Part shown: positions 21,318 to 30,324 of the stretch, one piece after another
Numbering within the stretch: the stretch's first letter is position 1
Layout of the letters: every line of letters begins with the position of its first letter
Assembly (NCBI RefSeq): GCF_007692535.1
Contig: NZ_REBW01000113.1
Location: 3,762-67,761, forward strand
Reading direction: 5' to 3'
Origin: Thioalkalivibrio sp.
Lineage (GTDB): Bacteria > Pseudomonadota > Gammaproteobacteria > Ectothiorhodospirales > Ectothiorhodospiraceae
DNA length: 64,000 nucleotides
The notes under the pieces: generated by a model
What the model saw: the letters and a program-made list of their open reading frames with translations, nothing else
Databases searched by the model: none
What the model was told of the DNA's origin: nothing
Made by a program: the position numbers and the translations under genes

Positions 21318-22073
21318 ATGATGTTCCGCCCCATTCTCCTACTACTGCTGAGCCTGCTTATGACCTCCGCCAATGCCGAAGAACTCCAGATCAATGTGCT
21401 GCAACCGGGCGATGGTGCCGAGGCGGTGCCGGGTGCCGAGGTCACGGTGCATTACACCGGGTGGTTGATGGACGGCACCAAGTTCGACTCCAGCCGCGAC
21501 CGCGACGAACCTTTCTCGCTGACGCTGGGGGCCGGCCGTGTGATTCCCGGCTGGGAAAGGGGACTCGAGGGCATGCGCGTTGGTGAGGTCCGGGAACTGA
21601 TCATTCCGCCCGAACTCGGGTACGGCGCCCGCGGCGCGGGCGGCGTGATTCCGCCCAACGCCACTCTGCGCTTCGAGGTGGAACTCCTTGATGTGAACGC
21701 CCCGCCATTCTCCGAGCTGGACAACAGGGGTCTCGCGGAGATGATCGCGCAGGGCGTGAAGGTCGTCGACATCCGCCGGCCCGAGGAATGGCACCAGACC
21801 GGAGTGGTCGAGGGCAGCCATCTTCTGACCGCGTTTGATCGCTACGGGCGGGTCGTGCCCGGTTTCCCCGCCGAGTTCCAGGGACTGGTGGCCAGGGACG
21901 AGCCGGTGGTCCTTATCTGTCGCACGGGAAGCCGCACCGCGACGCTCGCACGGGCGCTCGCCGAGCAACTGCAGTACCAGAACGTCTACAACGTGACCGA
22001 CGGCATCACCCGCTGGATCGCCGAGGGCCAAGTGGTCAACCGGGAGATCCCCGACGAAGCGGGCCGGGGCTGA
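21318..22073 (+). CDS. Exported FKBP-type PPIase fused to a rhodanese domain
   Basis: Signal peptide; [43 protein letters not shown]; then [10 protein letters not shown]...LICRTGSR...[10 protein letters not shown]. Confidence 0.88.
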   Translation: MMFRPILLLLLSLLMTSANAEELQINVLQPGDGAEAVPGAEVTVHYTGWLMDGTKFDSSRDRDEPFSLTLGAGRVIPGWERGLEGMRVGEVRELIIPPELGYGARGAGGVIPPNATLRFEVELLDVNAPPFSELDNRGLAEMIAQGVKVVDIRRPEEWHQTGVVEGSHLLTAFDRYGRVVPGFPAEFQGLVARDEPVVLICRTGSRTATLARALAEQLQYQNVYNVTDGITRWIAEGQVVNREIPDEAGRG

Positions 22074-22113
22074 ATCGCCCGCGCACCCATGGGATGGATA
22101 CGGTCCGCGGCAG

Positions 22114-22221
22114 GAAGCGGGGTCGCGTGCCTGTCAGCGGGACGCCGTGAATACGTCCCTGTAGGCTTGACGGCAGCATCCCTGCTGCCGACACCCGCTG
22201 ACAGGCACGCGACCCCGCTTC
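22114..22221. repeat. Structured repeat family B, copy 2
   Basis: Perfect 28-bp inverted arms (22114-22141 / 22194-22221) around the same core as 18656-18707. Confidence 0.8.
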
Positions 22222-22388
22222 TCCGAACGTCGGGGCTGGGAGAAGAAGGGTACGATCCCTCGCAATCCACCGGGGGAACGCCGAACGGATCCATTCAATT
22301 CATCCGTTCGAGAGGCTCAGAGCGACCAGCCAGCGGATGCTCACCTTCGGCGTGAGATTGCCGAAGGACAACGGAGCAGGAACTTCGC

Positions 22389-24293
22389 CTAGCGGGTCTT
22401 GATCTGCGAGACGTCGCGAACCGCCCCGCGCGCCGCCGATGTCGTCAGCAGGGCGTAGGCCTTGAGCGCCTGGCTCACCACCCGTTCACGATGGACGGGC
22501 TGCCAGGCCTGCTCACCCCTGGCCTCCATGCGCCTGCGCCGCTCGGCCAGCTCTTCGTCGGAGATGCGGACCTCGATGCGGCGGCCGGGAATATCGATCT
22601 CGATGGTATCGCCCTCCTCGACCAGACCGATCGTGCCGCCCTCCGCCGCCTCCGGGGAGATGTGGCCGATGGACAGCCCCGAGGTACCGCCGGAGAAGCG
22701 CCCGTCGGTAATCAGGGCGCAATCCTTGCCCAGCCCCTTGGACTTCAGGTAGCTGGTCGGATAGAGCATCTCCTGCATGCCCGGCCCACCCTTCGGACCC
22801 TCGTAGCGGATCACCACCACGTCGCCCGGGCGGATCCGATCCCCGAGTATGGCCTCCACGGCCGCGTCCTGGCTCTCGAAGATGCGGGCGGGGCCGGTGA
22901 ACACACGGATCAACGAGGTCGGAACACTGGTGGTGTAACGCAGCTGCTCGGTCTCGAACATGCTCTCGTCGATGCCGGCCGTCTTCACGATACAGCCTTC
23001 GGGCGCGATGTTGCCGTACAGCACCGCCAGCCCGCCGTCCCGGGAATAGGCATGTTCGATATCGCGGATGCAGCCGTCCGCGCGGTCCACGTCCAGATCG
23101 TCCCACATCGCGGCCTGTGAGAAGGCCACCTGCGTCGGGATACCGCCCGGCGCGGCGAGGTAGCGGGTTCGCGCCTCGCCGACCTCGGCACGCACCACGT
23201 CCCAGCGATCCAGCGCGGTTCCGAGGGTTGCACTGTGCACGGTGGGCACGTCCCGATGGATCAGCCCCCCGCGGTCCAGCTCGCCGAGGATCCCGACGAC
23301 CCCCCCGGCGCGATGCACGTCCTCCATGTGGTATTTCTGCGTGGCCGGGGCGACCTTGCAGATGTTGGGGACGCGGCGCGACAGGCGGTCGATGTCGGCC
23401 ATGGTGAAGTCCACCTCGCCTTCCTGCGCGGCGGCAAGCAGATGCAGCACGGTATTGGTCGACCCGCCCATCGCGATGTCCAGGCTCATCGCGTTTTCGA
23501 AAGCCTGGAAACTGGCGATGGATCGCGGCAACACCGAGTTGTCGTCGTGTTCGTAGTGGCGCCGGGCCAGGTCGACGATCAGCCGCCCGGCCTCCAGGAA
23601 CAGATCCCTGCGGCCCGCGTGGGTCGCGAGCAGCGAACCGTTGCCGGGAAGGGACAGGCCCAGGGCTTCCGTCAGGCAGTTCATCGAGTTGGCGGTGAAC
23701 ATGCCGGAACACGAGCCGCAGGTTGGGCAGGCGGAACGTTCCACCGCCGCAACCTCGTCGTCGGTGGCATCGGGGTCAGCCGCCTGCACCATCGCGTCGA
23801 CGAGATCCAGGTGCACCACCTTGCCGCGAAGCTGGATCTTGCCGGCCTCCATCGGCCCGCCGGAAACGAAGACGGCGGGAATGTTCAGGCGCATCGCGGC
23901 CATCAGCATCCCGGGTGTGATCTTGTCGCAGTTGGAGATGCACACCAGCGCGTCGGCACAGTGGGCGTTGGCCATGTACTCGACGCTGTCCGCGATGATC
24001 TCGCGCGAAGGCAGCGAATAAAGCATGCCCCCGTGCCCCATCGCGATCCCGTCATCCACCGCGATGGTGTTGAACTCCTTGGCCACTCCGCCGGCCGCCT
24101 CGATCTCCCGCGCCACCAGCTGGCCGAGGTCCTTCAGGTGCACGTGGCCTGGCACGAACTGGGTGAAGGAGTTGGCCACCGCGATGATCGGCTTGCCGAA
24201 GTCGCCGTCCTTCATGCCGGTCGCGCGCCACAGCGCGCGGGCGCCGGCCATGTTGCGGCCGTGGGTCGTGGTGCGGGAACGATACTGGGGCAT
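22389..24293 (-). CDS. ilvD: Dihydroxy-acid dehydratase
   Basis: [75 protein letters not shown]. Confidence 0.98.
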   Translation of the reverse strand: MPQYRSRTTTHGRNMAGARALWRATGMKDGDFGKPIIAVANSFTQFVPGHVHLKDLGQLVAREIEAAGGVAKEFNTIAVDDGIAMGHGGMLYSLPSREIIADSVEYMANAHCADALVCISNCDKITPGMLMAAMRLNIPAVFVSGGPMEAGKIQLRGKVVHLDLVDAMVQAADPDATDDEVAAVERSACPTCGSCSGMFTANSMNCLTEALGLSLPGNGSLLATHAGRRDLFLEAGRLIVDLARRHYEHDDNSVLPRSIASFQAFENAMSLDIAMGGSTNTVLHLLAAAQEGEVDFTMADIDRLSRRVPNICKVAPATQKYHMEDVHRAGGVVGILGELDRGGLIHRDVPTVHSATLGTALDRWDVVRAEVGEARTRYLAAPGGIPTQVAFSQAAMWDDLDVDRADGCIRDIEHAYSRDGGLAVLYGNIAPEGCIVKTAGIDESMFETEQLRYTTSVPTSLIRVFTGPARIFESQDAAVEAILGDRIRPGDVVVIRYEGPKGGPGMQEMLYPTSYLKSKGLGKDCALITDGRFSGGTSGLSIGHISPEAAEGGTIGLVEEGDTIEIDIPGRRIEVRISDEELAERRRRMEARGEQAWQPVHRERVVSQALKAYALLTTSAARGAVRDVSQIKTR

Positions 24294-24374
24294 TCGATAA
24301 TCCCTTGAACATTTGGCGTAATGTGAAATCATACCTTCACTTTCCCGATCGTGACGAAACCCCTGGAGGATCCC

Positions 24375-24647
24375 ATGCGCATCGAAGTGGAAAACATCAA
24401 GTGCGGCGGTTGCGCCGGCAGCATCCGGAAGGGCCTGATGGGCCTGGACGGAGTCGACGCGGTCGACGTGGAGATCGAGAGCGGTGTGGTCGAGGTGCAG
24501 GCGGACGACGGGCTCCGTCCTGAAATCGCGCGCAAGCTCGCCGCCATGGGCTATCCCGAAACCGGAACCGTGCGCGGGCTGAAGTCTGCCGGGGCCCGGG
24601 CCAAATCCTTTGTCAGTTGCGCCGTGGGCCGCATGGACAAGGAGTGA
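24375..24647 (+). CDS. Heavy-metal-associated (HMA) domain protein
   Basis: ENIKCGGC metal motif; SD GGAGGA. Confidence 0.85.
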   Translation: MRIEVENIKCGGCAGSIRKGLMGLDGVDAVDVEIESGVVEVQADDGLRPEIARKLAAMGYPETGTVRGLKSAGARAKSFVSCAVGRMDKE

Positions 24648-25144
24648 TGCCTCGATACGGCACGACAACCCCGCCGATGTCACGGCGCGGATGGATTTCT
24701 GCAGGGGCTGCCGTCCTGCTGCTCTGGTTCGCGATCGGCGGCGCCCGGGCAGAGCTCCCTACCGAAGAACTCAAGGTTGCCGATCAGATCCTGACGGTGG
24801 AGATCGCCGCCACACCGCAGGCGATGGCGAGGGGCCTGATGTATCGCGAATACATGCCCGAGGCGCACGGGATGCTCTTCATCTGGCCCGGGGACCAGGT
24901 CGTTGCGATGTGGATGAAGAACACCCTGATCCCGTTGTCGGTCGCGTTCATCGATCGCGATTTCCGGGTACTGAACATTGCCGACATGGAACCCCGTTCA
25001 CTGCGGACGCACGCTTCGCATGGCCCGGCGCGCTATGCTCTCGAGGTCAACCAGGGCTGGTTTGGCCGCCACGGTGTCGAGACCGGCACCCGTATCGACG
25101 ACCTCGAGCGACTGCTGACGGACCTCGCGGGCGGCCGGCATTGA
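24647..25144 (+). CDS. DUF192 domain protein
   Basis: [42 protein letters not shown]; TGATG overlap with the HMA gene; SRRGWI Tat-like leader. Confidence 0.85.
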   Translation: MPRYGTTTPPMSRRGWISAGAAVLLLWFAIGGARAELPTEELKVADQILTVEIAATPQAMARGLMYREYMPEAHGMLFIWPGDQVVAMWMKNTLIPLSVAFIDRDFRVLNIADMEPRSLRTHASHGPARYALEVNQGWFGRHGVETGTRIDDLERLLTDLAGGRH

Positions 25145-25267
25145 TGGGTCGCCACGTCCGAGGCTGATCGCGGCAATGCCCGCAGCCAACTCCGGGCACA
25201 CACAGCAGCAACCCCGTAATCCCTGCCGGAACGGCAGGCATCCGAAGAGCCCGGAACCGACCTGAAC

Positions 25268-28200
25268 ATGCGCCTGCCATCGAACCTTCTCCACCGACTC
25301 CTGCTTCTCGCGTTCCTGCTGCCGTGGGCCGCAGGCGCGCCGGCACAGGAACGGAATGACCACGGCGGCGCGGCACCGGCGATGGTTACGACGCAGCAGT
25401 TGGTGGACCTCCGCGCCGCCCTGCGCGCCGGGCTCGAGCGCGTCATGCCGATGGTCGATGCGATCGACACCACCCCCGCTGAGGACTGGCTTGAAGCGAG
25501 CCCAGTGGAGCGCATCTCGGAGCGCCTCGAGGCAACGGCCGCGGACGCACCCGAGCGAAGCATCTGGCAGGCTGCCCTGGAAAACGAGCAGGCGGGTATC
25601 GAGCGTATTCGCGGAGCCCTGGAGCGCGCAGGACTGGCCCTGGCGGCTGAGCAACGCCTCGGCGACGCCGAGCGACGCATTCGCGACATCCTCGACGCCA
25701 GACTGGTGGCGCCCGACGAAGACGATCGCAGCCTGACCCGCATCGAGCAGGAGATCGCGTCGCTGGAAACCCGACGCACCCAGTTATCGCTGGAAAGGGA
25801 CCAGAAGCGGCAAACCCTGGAGCGTCTCGAGGCCCAGGCGCGCACACAGCAGGAGACGTTGCAGCGCCTGCGCCGGGAGCGCACGACAGACCTGGATACG
25901 ACACCCTGGGGTCCCCTTGACGAGCCCACCCTCGCGGACGCCTTCACGGCCTGGGAGCATGCGCAGGAACGACGCGCGGATGCGCGGATCATCACGGCAC
26001 AACTGGACGCAGAGACCATCGATCCAAGGACGGAGACCTTGCGTCTCGAATTGCAGGTCCTGGAAACCAAGAGCCTCTGGCTGGGACAACGCCAGCGGCA
26101 GCTGGCCAGCGAACTCATCGAGCGCGCGGGCGAGGAATTGCGGTCACTGCGCGCAGAGGTCCGGAACCTCGTGGAACGCGAACCGGACGCTGCGGAGCGC
26201 TTCGGCCCCCAGATCCAGCTCATGCTGCAGCGCATCGACAGGATCGCCGAGACCCAGGCCCGTGTCCGCGACCTTCAGGAGAGCCGCGAACTCTATGCGC
26301 AGATCGAGAACGACCTCTCGCTGACGCTGGCCAGCGTCAGGGAGAGGCTCGAGATTGGTGGCCTGACCGATGTCCTCGGTGGCCTGCTGGTGGAAGAGGA
26401 GAGGCGCCTGCGGCGGCTGGTCGACCTGCAGTACGTGCTGCGCGACCTGGAGCGGGAACTGGCCCAGTCACGACTGCGAGACATCACCCTTCGCGATGAG
26501 TTGCGCACGCTGCCTGCGGACCCTCCTGTCGTCATGGATGACCGCGCCCGGGCCGAGCTGCAGCGACTCCAGCGTCAGGTCATCGAGACCCAGCTGCATG
26601 CGGATGAGCAGCTCACCGAGCAGCTGCACCTCGTGGAGGCTCGTCTGCGCACCGTCGTACTGCAGGTCGAGGAGCTGTCGCAGATCCTCCGGGAGTCACT
26701 GCTGTGGTGGCCGAGCCACCCGCCGGTGGGCATCGACTGGGCGACGCGCTTACCATCGGCGGTGGTCGCGTTCCTGGATCCCGCGTCCTGGCAGGAGCTT
26801 CGCAACGCATTGTACGAAGTGACCATCGGCAGCCCCTTCGGCGCGTTGCTTTCCATGCTGGCAGCCGCGCTGCTGGTGATGTGGGGACGGGGTACGCCGG
26901 GGCACCTGGCGCGTCTTGCGGAGATGACCACCCATCGCTTCACCGACCGGATCGGTCTGACCTTCCAGGCCATCGGATGGAGCCTCCTGCGCGTGATCCC
27001 GATCCCCGTCCTGCTCGCCGCCACGGGCTTCCGCCTCGAGCGGATACCGGACATCGGACCGGGTGTCGAGATGCTCGCGCTGGTGCTGTTCAGTGTCGCC
27101 CTGTGGTGGGTGGCCGGGCACATTTTCCTGCTGTTCACCAGCAGGAACGGCGTCGGCATGGCGCATCTCGACTGGAACCCGCTCGTGGTTCGGCGCCTGC
27201 GCCGCCATCTTGCCTGGTATCTTCCGGTGCTGCTGCTCCTCGTCGTCTTCCTCGCATTGACCTTTGGGCATCCGAACGAACTGGTTCACGACGTATTCGC
27301 CCGGGCAGGGCTCGCCGGGGCGGCGTTCGTGAGCGGACTCTTCGCCTGGCGCATGCTCGCGCCTCGACGGGAATCCGAGGCCACGGAGAGGCAGGAACGG
27401 CGCCGAAGACTGTTGCGCATCGCGCTGACGGGGTTCGCGGCGGTGCTGATCGGTCTGACCCTTGCCGGCTACCTGTTGACGGTCGCGACCCTGCTGGGCC
27501 GGACCATCAATACCTTGATCGTGGTGGCCGCCGTGTGGCTTGGCTACAATCTCGCAGAACGCGCATTGGTGCTCAGCGAAACCCGCCTGATGATCCGCAG
27601 GATGCGCGAACAGCGCGTCAAGGCGGCGGCGATCGAGGCGGGGTCCACCGTCGGCGAAGGCGCTGTCATCGACATGCCCGAACCCCACCTCAGCGTCGAG
27701 AACATCAACCAGCAGACCCGCACCCTGCTCCGGGTCACCGCGGGGGCGGCAATGGTGCTGGGGTTGTTCTGGGTCTGGGCGGACATCCTGCCTGCGCTGA
27801 CCTGGCTGGACGGGGTCACGCTGTGGTCACGCACCATCGCCGTGGGCGATACGGAGATCCTGAGCCGCGTCAGCCTCCAGGACTTTCTGCTGGCGATCTT
27901 CCTGGGCGTGCTGTTCACGCTGGCGGCCCGCAACCTGCCGGGCCTGGTGGAGATCCTGCTGTCGCGCAGCACCCAGATGGACGCAGCCGGCCGCTACACC
28001 GTCACCACGCTGCTGCGCTACGTGCTGGCCGTGGTCGCGGTCATCAGCGTGTTTTCCCTGCTGGGATTGCGCTGGAGCGAGCTGCAGTGGATGGTCGCGG
28101 CACTGACCCTGGGACTGGGCTTCGGCCTGCAGGAGGTGGTGGCCAACTTCGTCTCGGGCATCATCATGCTGTTCGAACGACCGGTGCGCGTGGGCGACAC

Positions 28201-28714
28201 CATCACCATCGGCGAATACAGCGGCACGGTATCGCGCATCCGTACCCGGGCCACCACCATCGTCGACTGGGACAATCGCGAGATCGTGATCCCGAACAAG
28301 AACTTCATCACCGAAAGGCTGATCAACTGGACACTCTCCGACACCATGACCCGGATCGTGCTGCCGGTCGGCGTCAGCTATGACGCCGATGTCGACGAGG
28401 TGATGAAGACATTGCGCGAGATCGCCGAGGCCAGCCCGCTGGTGCTGAAGGAGCCGCCGCCCAACGTGCTGTTCCTCAAGTTCGGGGACAGTGCCCTGAG
28501 CTTCGAGCTGCGCATCTACGTAAACCAGATGAAGGATCGCCTGGTCACCATCAGCGCACTGCATCAGACCATCATCAAGGAGTTCCGCAGGAAGGGCATC
28601 GAGATCGCGTACCCCCAGATGGACCTGCACATCCGGGATGTCGCGCCGGGAGCCGGGGCAGCATCCAGTCCCGCACCCTCTCCCGACCGGACAGACCCGC
28701 GCCCAGCCAACTGA
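25268..28714 (+). CDS. Large MscS-family mechanosensitive channel (MscK/KefA-like)
   Basis: Long periplasmic coiled coil, multi-TM region, GLGFGLQEVVANFVSGII, PVRVGDTI, GTVSRIRTRAT, IPNKNFIT. Confidence 0.92.
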   Translation: MRLPSNLLHRLLLLAFLLPWAAGAPAQERNDHGGAAPAMVTTQQLVDLRAALRAGLERVMPMVDAIDTTPAEDWLEASPVERISERLEATAADAPERSIWQAALENEQAGIERIRGALERAGLALAAEQRLGDAERRIRDILDARLVAPDEDDRSLTRIEQEIASLETRRTQLSLERDQKRQTLERLEAQARTQQETLQRLRRERTTDLDTTPWGPLDEPTLADAFTAWEHAQERRADARIITAQLDAETIDPRTETLRLELQVLETKSLWLGQRQRQLASELIERAGEELRSLRAEVRNLVEREPDAAERFGPQIQLMLQRIDRIAETQARVRDLQESRELYAQIENDLSLTLASVRERLEIGGLTDVLGGLLVEEERRLRRLVDLQYVLRDLERELAQSRLRDITLRDELRTLPADPPVVMDDRARAELQRLQRQVIETQLHADEQLTEQLHLVEARLRTVVLQVEELSQILRESLLWWPSHPPVGIDWATRLPSAVVAFLDPASWQELRNALYEVTIGSPFGALLSMLAAALLVMWGRGTPGHLARLAEMTTHRFTDRIGLTFQAIGWSLLRVIPIPVLLAATGFRLERIPDIGPGVEMLALVLFSVALWWVAGHIFLLFTSRNGVGMAHLDWNPLVVRRLRRHLAWYLPVLLLLVVFLALTFGHPNELVHDVFARAGLAGAAFVSGLFAWRMLAPRRESEATERQERRRRLLRIALTGFAAVLIGLTLAGYLLTVATLLGRTINTLIVVAAVWLGYNLAERALVLSETRLMIRRMREQRVKAAAIEAGSTVGEGAVIDMPEPHLSVENINQQTRTLLRVTAGAAMVLGLFWVWADILPALTWLDGVTLWSRTIAVGDTEILSRVSLQDFLLAIFLGVLFTLAARNLPGLVEILLSRSTQMDAAGRYTVTTLLRYVLAVVAVISVFSLLGLRWSELQWMVAALTLGLGFGLQEVVANFVSGIIMLFERPVRVGDTITIGEYSGTVSRIRTRATTIVDWDNREIVIPNKNFITERLINWTLSDTMTRIVLPVGVSYDADVDEVMKTLREIAEASPLVLKEPPPNVLFLKFGDSALSFELRIYVNQMKDRLVTISALHQTIIKEFRRKGIEIAYPQMDLHIRDVAPGAGAASSPAPSPDRTDPRPAN

Positions 28715-28808
28715 AAGCCCCCGGACGCGCGGAAGCCCGCTTCCGCGCCTCTGCTCCGGGGCCGCAACCCGGCGCCTCTATGAATACCCGGTCTCCGGAC
28801 AGGCCCTA

Positions 28809-28830
28809 AAGCGGCGGCAAGCCGCCGCTT
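28809..28830. terminator. Hairpin between convergent genes (possible bidirectional terminator)
   Basis: AAGCGGCGGC-AA-GCCGCCGCTT at the end of the cysB-like gene. Confidence 0.5.
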
Positions 28831-29776
28831 ATTCCGGAGCCGGAACCGGCCCGGAGGCATTATGGACCCGGACCCTGCGCCCGAGCCGGTTGGCCTCCTC
28901 CTGGAACAGGTCCATGAAACGCTGCTGAAATCGACGCACATACTTTTCCCGGACATGAGCGACCTTGGTGACCTCCCAGGGGAACAGGTGACTGAGATCA
29001 CGCATCCCCAGGTCGGCGTCCTGCTCGGGCTGAAAGGCCAGGTCCGCGATCACGCCGATGCCCATACCCTCGCGCACGTACGTCTTGATCACATCGGTAT
29101 CCGCCGCGCTGAGAACTACCTTGGGGCGCAACCCCACCTTGGCGAAGGAACTGCTGAGGCTGCCGCGTCCGGTGAATCCGTAGAGATAGGTGATCATCGG
29201 ATACTCGCAGAGCACGCCCAGGGAGATCGGCCGCCGCGCCAGCACCGGATGCCCGAGCGGCGCGATCAGGCAGCGATTCCAGCGATACGAAGGCAGCGTG
29301 GTCAATGCCGGGTGTTCACCGATGGCCTCGGTACAGATCGCCAGATCCACCTGGTCGGTCAGCGTCATCTCGACCAACTGCCCGGGTGTACTCTGGAGAA
29401 TCTGCACCTCCACCTCCGGATACGCCTGGCTGAAGCGCCTCAGTACCGGGGGCAGCACATAGCGCGCCTGGGTGTGCGTGCTGCCGATGCGGAGCACGCC
29501 GCGGCCCTCCTCCACATGGTCGCGCCCGATCGCAACGATGTTGGCCACTTCCGCGAGGGTGCTGCGCGCATGCGCCAGCACCTTGCCGCCGGCGTCGGTG
29601 AGTCCGGTCAGGCGCTTCCCGGTACGCACGAAAAGCGGCGCGCCGAGTTCGTCCTCCAGCAACCGAAGGTGCTGGGAAACCGCCGGTTGCACCAGGTGCA
29701 GCCGTTCCGCGGCACGGCTGACGCTGAATCCGTTCTCCGCGAGAGCGATCAGCGATCGAAGTTGCCGGAGCTCCAT
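28829..29776 (-). CDS. cysB: LysR family regulator, CysB/Cbl-like
   Basis: LysR HTH, GSTHTQARYVLP, WNRC, ADTDVIKTYVREGMGIG motifs of the CysB subfamily. Confidence 0.85.
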   Translation of the reverse strand: MELRQLRSLIALAENGFSVSRAAERLHLVQPAVSQHLRLLEDELGAPLFVRTGKRLTGLTDAGGKVLAHARSTLAEVANIVAIGRDHVEEGRGVLRIGSTHTQARYVLPPVLRRFSQAYPEVEVQILQSTPGQLVEMTLTDQVDLAICTEAIGEHPALTTLPSYRWNRCLIAPLGHPVLARRPISLGVLCEYPMITYLYGFTGRGSLSSSFAKVGLRPKVVLSAADTDVIKTYVREGMGIGVIADLAFQPEQDADLGMRDLSHLFPWEVTKVAHVREKYVRRFQQRFMDLFQEEANRLGRRVRVHNASGPVPAPE

Positions 29777-29795
29777 ATCATTTTTCCTGATGATA
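29776..29795. promoter_or_regulatory. Candidate LysR binding site
   Basis: TATCAT-N8-ATGATA dyad containing T-N11-A, in the AT-rich divergent promoter region overlapping the cysB start. Confidence 0.45.
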
Positions 29796-29904
29796 ACGAG
29801 ACATCCATTATTTTACTTGATACCAAGAGGCGTCAATACTGCAGTTGAGGCTCCGCGATCGAAACGATACGGAAAGGCCCAACATCCAGATCAGGAGGTG
29901 CCCC

Positions 29905-30261
29905 ATGCTCGATACCCGGCTGCACAGCAACCCGAATCCGATCCCCAACCTGTTCACGGAACCGGTCCTGCTCTTTGACGAGGACGGGTTTCTCATGGAT
30001 TTCGGACAATGGAACGAGGCGCTGGCGCAACGCATCGCCCAGCGGGAAGGCATCGCGCACCTGGACGAACCGCATTGGCGGCTCATACGCCATGTCCGCG
30101 AGCGGTTCCTCGCCCTCGGCGGGTTGCCCAGCCTACGCCGGGTCTGCCGGGCGACGGGCCTGTCGCGGGACGAGGTTCATGACCTCTTCGGCGGCTGCCT
30201 TCCGGTCTGGCGCATCGCGGGGCTGCCGAACCCCGGCGAGGAAGCCAAGGCATACATGTAG
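29905..30261 (+). CDS. TusE/DsrC/DsvC family protein lacking the C-terminal cysteines
   Basis: DEDGFL.D...WNE..A..IA, HW..I..VRE, LF, IAGLP.P; ends GEEAKAYM; SD AGGAGG. Confidence 0.85.
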   Translation: MLDTRLHSNPNPIPNLFTEPVLLFDEDGFLMDFGQWNEALAQRIAQREGIAHLDEPHWRLIRHVRERFLALGGLPSLRRVCRATGLSRDEVHDLFGGCLPVWRIAGLPNPGEEAKAYM

Positions 30262-30272
30262 CGAATATCGTC

Positions 30273-30324
30273 GCCGGCGTGTCAGGCGCCGCGATCTGAT
30301 ACCGAACTTTCCGCATGGCCCACT
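30273..30324. repeat. Half copy (right arm) of the MITE-like element
   Basis: 51 of 52 nt identical to 11640-11691. Confidence 0.85.
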
